This document shows positions 11,851 through 21,794 of a DNA stretch of 64,000 nt, one piece after another. The stretch's first letter is position 1. Each line of letters begins with the position of its first letter. A program made the translations under genes and the position numbers. Under the pieces are notes generated by a model that was not told the DNA's origin, did no database searches, and saw only the letters and a list, made by a program, of their open reading frames with translations. This DNA comes from Diplonema japonicum (taxonomy: Eukaryota; Protista; Euglenozoa: Diplonemea). The stretch covers positions 372,001-436,000 of the forward strand of contig OZ025690.1 of NCBI GenBank assembly GCA_964019335.1, in the 5' to 3' direction.

Positions 11851-14579
11851 TTAATGGCGTCTTCCCTTCTTGTCAGGTGTCTCGGGCTTTGGAGGGCACC
11901 CTGCTTCTGCCTCAGCCTCGCTGACAAGCCTCTCCCTCGGCGGGGGACACAACTGGCAGATGAAGTCGAGGTTCTTGGAAGCCTTCTTGTACCAAACAAG
12001 AACATCCCATCTGTGAAGGACCTGTGCCTCCTCGTAGAGGCCATGCTCCCACTGGATGCACATGGTCCCCTGCTTCGAGTTCTTCTTGTTGGTCCCCTCC
12101 CACCTCTGCTCCCCTTCGCCACCTGCGTTGTCGTGGTACAGCTCCTTGTCCTGCCCCAGTGACTCGATGAAGATGTTGAACGACTTCTCCTGCACCTTCG
12201 TCAGCGTTGCCTTGTGCGTCTCCTTGTAGATAGTTGTTTTATCCGCCTCCCACATCTGGAACTTGCTCTGCAGGTACAAGCAGTAGTACAGCACAGACGA
12301 CTGGTCAGAGGCCTTCCGCGCCTCCTCCTTTCGTGTGTTGCACCGGAGTGCGATTTCCGACACGTCAGCCTCTGGCAGCAGCAAGTACCCGCTCTTGATG
12401 TCCTTCGGCGTCACTGAGATGTCCTCCTCGTTCACACCTGCTCGCAGCTTCTGTTTCACCAGTGACTCGATTTCCAGGGCGCACTTCAGCACCCTGTGCA
12501 CCACAAGATCCGCGTACCTTCTGATCGGGGATGTGAAATGCGTGTACAGGGGCAGGTTCAGAGCGAAATGGCTCAGTGAATGGTCTGCAGACTCGCTCGT
12601 GCAGCAGTACTTCGAAAGCATCATGCACCTGATGGTGAGTGCCTTGATGGCGTCTATCTGTGGGTGGTCAGCCATCTTCTCCAAAGAGCTCACAAGGCTC
12701 TTCCCGCTAGTGATGTCCATCTTGATCCCCTGTGCACCAAGAGCCTTCACAAGACTCTCGAACCTGGTGGCATCGGGCGGCGAGTGGTACCTGGCGAGGG
12801 CCACATCGGGGCAGTACTCGATACACTTCTCAGTCACCCTTGCATTCGCCATGACCATGAACTCCTCCACAAGCCAGTTGGCCTCGGAGGTCTCGTGCAT
12901 GTGCCTGTTGGTTGTTGTTGTTTTGTTGTCATTGTCACATACCACCCCTTTGGTGCCATGTTGGAGTTGTGGTCTTCAAAATCAAAGTACATCTTCGGTG
13001 CGTTCATTGAAAGTGCACCCCTCGCATGCCTCGCTGCACGGATATTCTCAGCAATCTTCCAAAGCCCTTTGACTGACTCCTTGAGCTTGTCGATCGTCCA
13101 CATGTGGCGAGAAGGAGGGATGTGGGCCAGGTCGATGCTCGCAGGATCGAAGTTCCCATCAATGATGCTCTGAGCGTTCTCGTAGGCCAGCTTGCACTGG
13201 TTCCTGATCACAGTCTGCCCCATCCACTCATTTGTGATATTCCCCTTCGCGTCCATCGTCCATTCCACCGTGAAGGCAAGTTTGTCACCCAAGGTGTTCA
13301 AGGAGCAGTGCTGCTCACACAGCTTCCTGGGAAGCATGGGAATCACCTTCTGAACAAGGTACACACTTGTTGCCCTCTTCAAGGCCTCTGCATCCAGTGC
13401 AGAGCCGAAGGGAACAAAGGTAGACACATCGGCGATGTGGACCCCGACACGGTAGTGCCCCCCGCCCAGGTCTTCACAGGACAGTGCGTCGTCCAAGTCC
13501 CTTGCGGTGGCGGGGTCGATTGTGCACACGAAGCGCTCATGCTTTGCACCCAGACGCATGTCTCTCCGTCCTTCCGCAAGAAGTCCAGCCTCGTCAGGGA
13601 TCGGAACCTTGTCGGGGATCACAGCCATGCAAGCCTCGTCGAACTCGTCGGTGTGGGATATGTTATTCTGCGTGAGGACAGCACGCGACTCGACCTCCAC
13701 CTGGTGCGCCGCACCGAGCAGCTTCAGCACCTTTGCCTGAGGGAAGAAACGCTTCTCCCCCCAGTCTTTGAGCTGCAGGTACACAAGGTACCCTTCTGCG
13801 TTCTTCAACAGTTCAGGGAAGGGCTTCAAGTCGTTGACATGCACCTCGATATGAGGGTACATCTCGTCATAGGAGGCGAACCTCACCCACGTCTTGTTTG
13901 CGGGGCCCATTGCACGTGCCACGTGCTGCGTCTGGTGGCCGGCTTTCCTGTGCAGTGTTGACGGTGGGAAGCTAACATGACATACCAGATGTGAACAATC
14001 CTCCCAGTCACAAGCTTGTTCTTGGCAAGTGAAGGCTTCGGGGCGTCTGCAAGGGGGTCATCTTCGTTCCTGTTGATTTGTGGCTTTCAATTGTTCATCG
14101 CTGGTTTCATACTTTGCATTCGCCTTCTGCAAAACAGCGAGTGCCCTGCACACAGGCCTCTTCCCATCAGGGAGTTTCGACCTCTGGTCCTTGGGGAGCT
14201 TCATGTCTTCAGCCCTGCTGCGGATGTTCACGCTGGTCACATCGGGAGCTGCTTCCCCCTTCCGCATCGCTTTATCGTTGTCCTTCTCCTTCCACTCGGA
14301 CTCGGGGCGGATCTCCACGATCACCACATCCCCCTGCAAGGCCCTGTTCCTGTCGTTCTTCTGCTCCACCAGGATGTCCACCCCGTCCCAGTGCCTCTCG
14401 TTCCGCACAAAGCAGATCGCACTGCTGTACTTCTTGTTCACGGCAAGCGTCCCTCTCAGGTACCTCCCGGACATCACCCCCTTGATCACCTCTTCACGGG
14501 AGATGTAAGGTGTGAAATGCTTGACAGCGCTCAGAGACGAGTTCTTGGGGCTGGTCTTCGGGGAGATTCTCGAACTCAT
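11851..14579 (-). CDS. DIS3L2: DIS3L2-like RNase II/RNB exoribonuclease, copy 2 (short N-terminus; 3 introns)
   Basis: Near-identical to copy 1 over most of its length, with the same catalytic motifs. Three GTATG...CAG introns join the track ORFs 14058-14687, 12834-13922 and 11851-12945. Confidence 0.88.
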
Positions 14580-14750
14580 GGTGTTTAAAGTTTTTTTTTT
14601 TTTTTTTTGTAACAAAGTGTAGACTGGGAGGGGTGGAGAAGTAAAGAAGGAAGGGGAGGGAAAACAAACACAAATCATTCTACACATCTATACAATATTA
14701 TCAAACAACAACATACACATCCTTCTAATTTGTGCCTAAACTTTGCACCC

Positions 14751-15257
14751 TCATTCCCACGGCAGCCTCCTGCCGATGCGTGTGGGTTGGGAGGCATCGT
14801 GTTTCCGGATCATGTCCCGTTCATACCTTCGCTGGATGTCGCGTTCCCTTGCTGCCTTGTTTGTGTCTGCCACAGGCATGGGGCGGGTTGTGCTTGAGGA
14901 GGGGACCTTCAGATTGGGCTTCCAATGGATCTGCGGCTCAAAGGGCCTGTTCGTGTAGTTTTGAAGGGCATAGCCGGTTTTTTCCTTATCGAGATACTTC
15001 TCCACAAGAGAGTCTCGCTTGCTGGATGGGAAGAGTCCCTCGAGGTTGCGCCGTGTTCGCTCTTCTTTACCTTTTGCCGCAACACTGCCGCTTCGTGAAC
15101 CGCTCCTGTACGAGACGGATGGTGAGCTGCTCCTCGTTCGACCCTTGCACCCGCTTCTCCATCTTCCTAGGTACTGCATGTCATATGAAGGCCCTGTCTG
15201 CAGTGAAAAGTTCATCTCAGTAGTGGCCGCCACAGAGTCGTCGATGTAACTATCCAT
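14751..15257 (-). CDS. Hypothetical basic Ser/Arg-rich protein
   Basis: GC-rich ORF from MDSYIDD to GRRLPWE between homopolymer spacers. Confidence 0.6.
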   Translation of the reverse strand: MDSYIDDSVAATTEMNFSLQTGPSYDMQYLGRWRSGCKGRTRSSSPSVSYRSGSRSGSVAAKGKEERTRRNLEGLFPSSKRDSLVEKYLDKEKTGYALQNYTNRPFEPQIHWKPNLKVPSSSTTRPMPVADTNKAARERDIQRRYERDMIRKHDASQPTRIGRRLPWE

Positions 15258-15627
15258 TCTCCCCCCTCCCACCTTTTTTTGTTGGGAGATAGATAAATTT
15301 TGAAACAAAAAAAAAAAGGAGGAAGATGCGCGAAAGGGGACGGGGGAAGGGGGGGGGGCAAAATCTTTCTTTATTTTTAAATTTCTTTGTTGTCCTGCAG
15401 AATTTTTTTTCCAAAAAAAAAAAAAAAAAAAAAAAAAGGGAGGGAAAAAAAATCAGGGAAAAAAAATCTGAGGGTCGAGAGGCTAGGGAGAAATAAAAGA
15501 AGAAAAAGAAAAAAAAAAAGGAAACTGGCCTTACGTGCAGGGTAGAAACCGGGAGAAGTTTATAAAATAAAACCCGTAAAACACGTTGTCAACGTTCCAA
15601 AGAAAAAAAAAAAGAAAAAAAGAAATC

Positions 15628-17055
15628 TCACAACAAAAACCGCTTGACGGTAGAGGAGGAAAGACACAGCTTGTGGTTAATTGTGCGCACTCCGCCGTTC
15701 CGCAAATTTATGGTGATCTCGATCACGAATTCGCCCCAGCCTCGGCGGGACACGGTGAACGGCGCCGCGTGAAGAGTAACGGCGGTGGGCGTGAAGGTAG
15801 GGTGCAGCTTGAAGGTAACATTCGCAATGCTGTCGCACGGGTCGTTTAAGGTGACGGCCCAAGGTATCATCCCATCCCCAGCAGGCTGTGATATGTCATT
15901 CGTCAACGTAACCTCAACCTCACGAGGCATCGGCGGTGCCGAAGCAGCAGGAAGAACCACCCCCGCATCGATTTTCGCATATTGTTCCTGACTTTTCGTG
16001 AACTCTTCCAACCGAACCGCTGCCTCAATATACCTGCTATGAACACCATTTCTCCTCAACTGTGATATGGGCAAAGCGTCCTTAGGACGCCAAACAGGCA
16101 CGCCTTCAATGTCTAAGCTCAATCTTTGCATCAAACCCTCCATCAGTTCATCGCAGGTTGTCCAAATTCGGAGATCGCATTTTGCATCGTCCGGTGTCGC
16201 TTGCAAGTTCACAATTACGGTTTTCTTAGCCTGGAAGGGGAAGTGTGTGATGTGCCGCAGCGACATAGAAGTCCCCATCACAATGCAAAGATCAGCTTTC
16301 TTGCAATGGTGAGCCGCATCATTCCAATCCCGAACGTCAAGTACTTCGCCGAAGTTGATGTGCGTGTCTTTCGTTCCGACATTCTTGTCTCTTGTTCCAA
16401 TCAGACCGTTGGTTTCGAACTTGACACCGCTGCCTGTTTCCGTTCCTTGTACAGGTCTGCCTGTGTATGTGGGAGGTGGAGCTGATTTGCATTTTTCACA
16501 AGTTCCCACAGCATGGTCATGCACGTGGATACCCACGCGTCGGACTTCATAGTTACGTTCAAATTCGTACCCGCATGCTGTGCACCGTTCTGTGTAAACA
16601 TCGCCGTGGAGGAAGCAGACTTGTGTGTGGGCTTCTAAACCTGCTTTGCGGTATAGACCGTCAAGGTTGGTCGTTACCACGTATTGTGCAAAGTTTTTCT
16701 GGATTAGCTTGACGGTCGCCATGTGTGTGTAGGAGGGTGTGGCGTCCAGCATGTTGACGGCGCCGCCGGAGGTTTTTCGCTTCTCCTTCGCCTTCTCGGC
16801 GAGGAGCTTGTCGAGCTCCTTCTTTGCCTTTTCGGATGAATCCCTTCGAAGCTGTGCGATTCTTTGCTCCGTCCACGCTCCGCTCGGTCCACGGTAGTCG
16901 CCTACCCCCGATGACGTGGACACCCCTGCGCCCGTATAGAAAACAGTGTACTTGCTCTTTTGAACCATGTCCGACAAAGAATCAAGCTTTGCAGCAAGTG
17001 TCTCCGGCGGTTCATGGTGCTCAGCCACTCTCGATGCATCTACGGTGGACGCCAT
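15628..17055 (-). CDS. Class IV (SIRT6/7-like) NAD-dependent deacylase fused to a C-terminal YEATS domain
   Basis: TGAGVSTSSGVGDYRGPSGAWT, TTNLDGL, LHG, CxxC pairs, INFGE, MGTSM, VNLQATP. C-terminus ...VTFKLHPTF...APFTVSRRGWGEFVIEITI...HKL is YEATS-like. Confidence 0.9.
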   Translation of the reverse strand: MASTVDASRVAEHHEPPETLAAKLDSLSDMVQKSKYTVFYTGAGVSTSSGVGDYRGPSGAWTEQRIAQLRRDSSEKAKKELDKLLAEKAKEKRKTSGGAVNMLDATPSYTHMATVKLIQKNFAQYVVTTNLDGLYRKAGLEAHTQVCFLHGDVYTERCTACGYEFERNYEVRRVGIHVHDHAVGTCEKCKSAPPPTYTGRPVQGTETGSGVKFETNGLIGTRDKNVGTKDTHINFGEVLDVRDWNDAAHHCKKADLCIVMGTSMSLRHITHFPFQAKKTVIVNLQATPDDAKCDLRIWTTCDELMEGLMQRLSLDIEGVPVWRPKDALPISQLRRNGVHSRYIEAAVRLEEFTKSQEQYAKIDAGVVLPAASAPPMPREVEVTLTNDISQPAGDGMIPWAVTLNDPCDSIANVTFKLHPTFTPTAVTLHAAPFTVSRRGWGEFVIEITINLRNGGVRTINHKLCLSSSTVKRFLL

Positions 17056-17090
17056 ATATCTTCTTTTTTTGGGGTTTTTTTTTTTTCTTT

Positions 17091-17720
17091 TTATATAACT
17101 CCAGTCAGATTTTCAAGGGTGGGAGTGAATATAATATTTCACATTATTTCACGCTCCACATTGCAGATTTCAGGCTTGTTTTAGGAAGAAAACAGGGGCA
17201 GAAATGAAAATTACTTTATGAGTGAATATAAAGTACTTTATATTCACGCTTGCCCTATTTTCACTGCACAGCAAGGGGTTGGGGGCGCAAACACGGAAAA
17301 GAAATCACCTAAGTGGTTACCACACAGGCCTCTTGTTTTGGAAACCCCGGTTCGAATCTGGGAATCTCACTTTTTACGTCACTCAAGGATCTGGTTCTCA
17401 ACAGAAGGGGAGAGAGGTGGGCTTGGCAAGCCAGCAGCGGTGACAGCTGCTAGTGGGGCAACCTCAGCAACCCAGGCAGCAGCCTCACAGGTCCTGTAAG
17501 CACTCATGGACGCACAGCCCGCACCACACAGGATATGCCTTGACAATCAATATCAACCATAAGCACCCCAGTAAAATTTTAACTTGTAACTTGTAATACC
17601 CCACCCTGTAATACCCCACCCTCACTCGCTTCGCTCGTGAAGTCATATACCCACTCGTTAAACCACTGCCACCACGCGTGAAAATCATACGATCTTATTT
17701 TCACTAAATAAATAGTTATT
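17091..17720. mobile_element. Non-autonomous IR + terminal-hairpin element H1 (Crypton-like or Helentron-associated)
   Basis: Starts TTATATAACTCCA, with a degenerate inverse (TGAAGTCATATA) at ~17638-17649. Internal palindrome GTGAATATAAAGTACTTTATATTCAC; terminal hairpin GTGAAAAT...ATTTTCAC; end TAAATAGTTA; flanked by T-runs. Confidence 0.65.
17300..17375 (+). pseudogene. Decayed tRNA-like segment (A box, B box, T5) inside element H1
   Basis: AAGTGGTTA (A-box/D-loop-like), CCCGGTTCGAATCTGGG (T-arm/B box), then TTTTT. The acceptor stem is poor. Confidence 0.4.
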
Positions 17721-17923
17721 TTTTTTCCCCTTTTTGGTTTGTGTTTTTTTTTCCCCTGGCACGACAAAGAGAACGTAGTAAAAAAAAAGGGGGGGAGGAT
17801 AATAACATGGGAAAAGGAGGGGACGTTTGTGTCAGTAATTCCCCCCCCCCCCCCCCCCCTCCCACAGTACTGGGTATCTCTCAGACATATTTTTCCTATT
17901 TTCGTTTTACAGTAGACTTTTAT

Positions 17924-18355
17924 TTAGCGCTTCATGCTAACTTTTCCCACCACCAACTCCTCGCTCGGGTCTGTTTTCACGTAGACAATGGACGTGCTGT
18001 TCACGCAGTGTCTCTGTGCCTCGGGGTCCTTCTCGACCCGTCTCTTGTAGATGTGCCCCAGATGCCCTTTGCAGTTTGAACAGCAAATCTCTAGTCCCTC
18101 TCCGTGGGACTTTTCAGGCCGAGGCGTCACGTGTTTCGTGTAACATTTGCTGAAGGCAGGCCAGCCACAATCGCAAGGGAACTTTGCATCGTGACCGTAC
18201 AGTGGTGACATGCAGGCGCTGCACGCGAAGTGCCCCTCCGTGGGTTGTGCCCGGTAGTATTCTCCTTTACCTGCATCGTCGCAGCCGCCTTCACGCAGTA
18301 CCTTGTACTGTTTAGGGGTGAGGGTTTCCTTCCATTCTGCCTCGGTGCGGATCAT
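17924..18355 (-). CDS. msrB: Peptide methionine-R-sulfoxide reductase
   Basis: EWKETLTPKQYKVLRE, CSAC, KF..CGWPAF, CSNC..HLGH, RHCVNS (catalytic Cys). Confidence 0.92.
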   Translation of the reverse strand: MIRTEAEWKETLTPKQYKVLREGGCDDAGKGEYYRAQPTEGHFACSACMSPLYGHDAKFPCDCGWPAFSKCYTKHVTPRPEKSHGEGLEICCSNCKGHLGHIYKRRVEKDPEAQRHCVNSTSIVYVKTDPSEELVVGKVSMKR

Positions 18356-18466
18356 GTCTTCTCTCCCCACTGTCAATACTGCCTCAGAAATAGTAACCCA
18401 CAAAAAAAGAATTTCAACAGGGGGATAAGGGGAGGGACTACCTGTAAAGGCTTCCATCCACTACTA

Positions 18467-20125
18467 CTAATCAAAAGGCGTGACCCACTTCATCTCAGAG
18501 CTCCTCGTCGTCCCACATGAAACTCCTGTCAACGACGTAAACCGGTTAACCAAAGGCGATGTAGAGGTCAGTGTGAAATACGCCTGCCGCCACTTGGAAG
18601 CACCGGTTTTGTCCCTCTTCCCGGCTTCGTACCATGGCAGGGTGGGGAGGGAGTAGTCAGAACTGTGAACTATCTTGCTGGTGCGGCGAGGGGATTGTTG
18701 TTTCGATGGTTTCAAGGGTGAGGTTGGCTTTAAAGTGGGAGAGGGAAGAGAGAGCGTTGGGAAAGAATTAACTGTGTCGGGATTGTGCCCGTCGCCGTTG
18801 TTTACTTTGTTCCGGATGTCGGCGAATTCTTTGCGAAGCTTGTCGAGGTCCGCCTTGAGCCCCGATGGGGGCAGGTCTGAGAAAGCAAGCGCGACCCTTG
18901 TGTACTGTGCGAGCTTCCCAAACGCCGGGCTACCCCCTCCGAACCGTACGGTTTTTTTAGGAAGACTGAAGCTTGTGTCGGACGCAGACGCATCGTCGTC
19001 CTTCTTGTTCAGTTTGCTCAGAAGAAGTTGTTTTGCAATTTTTGTACTTTTCTTTTTCTTCGAGAGGAACAGCTTTGGAACCATTGGTTTCTCCTTCTGC
19101 ATGCGCAGCTTCTCCACACCCGTCAACCAGTAAGTAACACGCCTTTGTATATTCCTTTCAAAATCCCTCTTCATGTCCGATTTGTAGTAGGGCACCGCCC
19201 GTTCAAAGAGCATCACCAGCACCGTGACCACCACCTCGGGGAAGTCTCGTAGCAGGAGATCCTTGTCGCTTGACGGGATTGATTTGAAGATAATGGTGTA
19301 ATGATATGACATTCTCGAGAAGAGGTTTCCCAGCTCCTTGTCAAGCAGCTCCTCAGCAGTGATACGCGAAGGCGGGACAGCTTCAATACTGTGTACGGAT
19401 GTGCTTGGACTAGACGGCATTGATGGAGGTCTTGACGACGAAAACGAATAGTTGTCCTCAGAATGACAGGAAGGATGCGGCGATGACCTTGCCTTACTGA
19501 GATACCGTGAGAACAAATCATCATTTGTCATGGGAAGCGAGAACCTGCATTCCCGAAGGATCTTTTTCACACCAACCTCCGTATCATCTAAACGAGTTTC
19601 TAGGATCTTAGGTGTGGTAGGACGTGGTAAAGCTTGCCCTTTGCCGGTAAAGGCCAAGTGGCAGACCTGATTAATCCGTCGGCGTGGAGGTGCGTTTTTA
19701 TCTTTTTTTTGATCAGCGGGGGGACGTGGGGTTGTTGTTGAGTATTGGGTTCCTTCTTTCGCGGTGCGGAGTGTAGAAATCTTCTGTTCAGCATCGCCCA
19801 AAGCGAACTCATCGACGAAGATGAACCAGAACATGTCCTCTATGAGCCGCACCGTGCTTTTCTCCAGCAATAGCTTCTTCAGTTTCGGCCTCCCTTCCTT
19901 GTCTTGTTTCACCAGTGCGGTCTTCACGACGCCGGCTAGATGTATTTGCTTTCCAAACTGTTTCGGTAGTGGGATGTCGCCTGTGCTGCCGTTCTTCCAC
20001 CCTGGATATTCTACTGGGATGCACTCGCCCAGTTCCAAGCCTTTGTCCCTCTTCACACCTGCGATCTCTGCCCTGCTGAAGAGAGGGACACCTTTTTTCC
20101 GTATGGTCGCTGTCCATTTTTTCAT
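18467..20125 (-). CDS. FAM227-like (FWWh domain) protein
   Basis: DMFWFIFV motif, LFSRMSYHY..IF...DKDLLLRDFPE and YWLTG, recalled as typical of the FWWh family. Confidence 0.7.
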   Translation of the reverse strand: MKKWTATIRKKGVPLFSRAEIAGVKRDKGLELGECIPVEYPGWKNGSTGDIPLPKQFGKQIHLAGVVKTALVKQDKEGRPKLKKLLLEKSTVRLIEDMFWFIFVDEFALGDAEQKISTLRTAKEGTQYSTTTPRPPADQKKDKNAPPRRRINQVCHLAFTGKGQALPRPTTPKILETRLDDTEVGVKKILRECRFSLPMTNDDLFSRYLSKARSSPHPSCHSEDNYSFSSSRPPSMPSSPSTSVHSIEAVPPSRITAEELLDKELGNLFSRMSYHYTIIFKSIPSSDKDLLLRDFPEVVVTVLVMLFERAVPYYKSDMKRDFERNIQRRVTYWLTGVEKLRMQKEKPMVPKLFLSKKKKSTKIAKQLLLSKLNKKDDDASASDTSFSLPKKTVRFGGGSPAFGKLAQYTRVALAFSDLPPSGLKADLDKLRKEFADIRNKVNNGDGHNPDTVNSFPTLSLPSPTLKPTSPLKPSKQQSPRRTSKIVHSSDYSLPTLPWYEAGKRDKTGASKWRQAYFTLTSTSPLVNRFTSLTGVSCGTTRSSEMKWVTPFD

Positions 20126-21752
20126 TCTCTCCTAAAACAGTGTTTTTTTTTTTTTTTTTTTTTTTTTTTTGAAAAAAAAAGAAAATGTTGGGGGAAAAAA
20201 AAAAAACAATAATGGAAATAAACAATGTGTGTGGGGTGGGCGGTGGTGATTTCCTTTTTTTTTTTTGGGAAAAAAAAAAAAAAAAAAAAAAAGTTGTGCA
20301 TGAGTTGTGAAACGAGAGGAAGGAAAAAAAAGGGGGGGGGTGGGGAGTTTGGATAGAGGAGGGCTACTCGGATTCCTAAAAAGTCATTTTACGCGGCGAA
20401 GATCCAACCAACCGGCTGAGTCAATCAAAACGCAAAATGCAAAATGCAAAAAAAGTTGGTTTTACTTGGTTTTACTGCGGCCATGCAGTGTGTGTGAAGC
20501 TTCGCCCCGAAGCCTCCAAGTCAGGAGAAATGAGATCTCGAAGTTTTTTTTGCGCCACCAACGAATTTATGACTTTTAGGAATCCGAGTTCATATTTCTT
20601 CATTTTTCTTTTGTAAACTTTATTTTTTTTTTCTTCTTCCACCTTCTAATTCATTTTTTTTTCTCCCCCGGAAAGACTGGAAAGATTGTGTGGGAGACGG
20701 AGAAAAAAAAAAGAAAAAAAAGGGGGGGGGAAAAACCATTGTAAATCTCTTAATTTTTCCCGGGGAAGAAAAAAAAAAAGAGATTTACAGTTATTCTTTT
20801 TCCCCTCCTCGTTTTTTAGCACCGATGTAAGTACTACATCAAAGCAAAGGAACCAGCAACTGAGACAACTAAAATTGAGTAAGCGATCCTTTTCCCTTTT
20901 TCCAGCTTCCGATAAGATTAGGGCTTCCTTTTTATACCCCTTCTCTTTTTTTCTTTTCTTTTCCTTCTAATTATTTGGCCGTCTTTTTCTTTTTTTTTTC
21001 TTCTTTTTTTGGCTTTGCAAAAAGCAAACAAAACGGAACTACTGTTTTCGAGAAAAAGAAGGAAAAAAGAAAAAGCAAAAAAAAGAGGAGGGTTTGCGGG
21101 GGAAGTCAGTAGAGTAATACTGTAATCAAAAAAAAACTTTTTTTTTTCCCGGAGAGTACACCTTTCCTTCTGGACAGTTTCGTTTTTTTTTTTTTTTTTC
21201 GTTTTTTTTTCCTGAGGGAGGTTTTTTTCTCTTTTTTTTTTTCTTGTTCCTTTCCGGATTTTTTTCTTTTACAGCAAAAAAAAAAAAAAAAAGAAAAAAA
21301 AAAAAAAGAAGAAGAAAGGGGGTAAAGAAAAAGAAAAAAAAACAAGCACATGTAGCCACCTTTAAGCATTTTTAATAGTTTGAAGAGAAGGGAAGGGACA
21401 AAAAGAAGGAAAAAAAAAAAAGAATCCGCTCTAGTTTCAGGAAAGCGACAGAGCAGCATGTAGAAGACAAAAGAAAAAGAAAATACAGTATAGAGGGAAA
21501 AGAAGGGCATCTGGGTAGTTGGGTCAATATCTTTTTTTTTTTTTTTTGAAGCCCAGCTGGGAAACAGGATTTCCCGACTGGAGGCCCACTGGGTCTCCTC
21601 CAGTCGTACTGGGGCAGGCTATTTAGTACCATTTTCTAATTTTTTTTTGTTGCCCTTCTTTTTTTTTTTTTTACCCCTCCTCCTAAACATTTTCCCTCGT
21701 GAATAGAACATAGAAAGAAAAGAGAACAAAAAAAAAAAACTTGATTTTTGTT

Positions 21753-21794
<42 letters not shown>

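Noticed and set aside
7512-14687. Apparent frameshifts and stops in DIS3L2 suggesting pseudogenes, editing or an alternative genetic code
   Set aside because: Each break is resolved by a short GT-AG intron that restores the frame.
17924-18355. MsrB as a selenoprotein
   Set aside because: The catalytic residue is Cys (RHCVNS) and there is no in-frame UGA.
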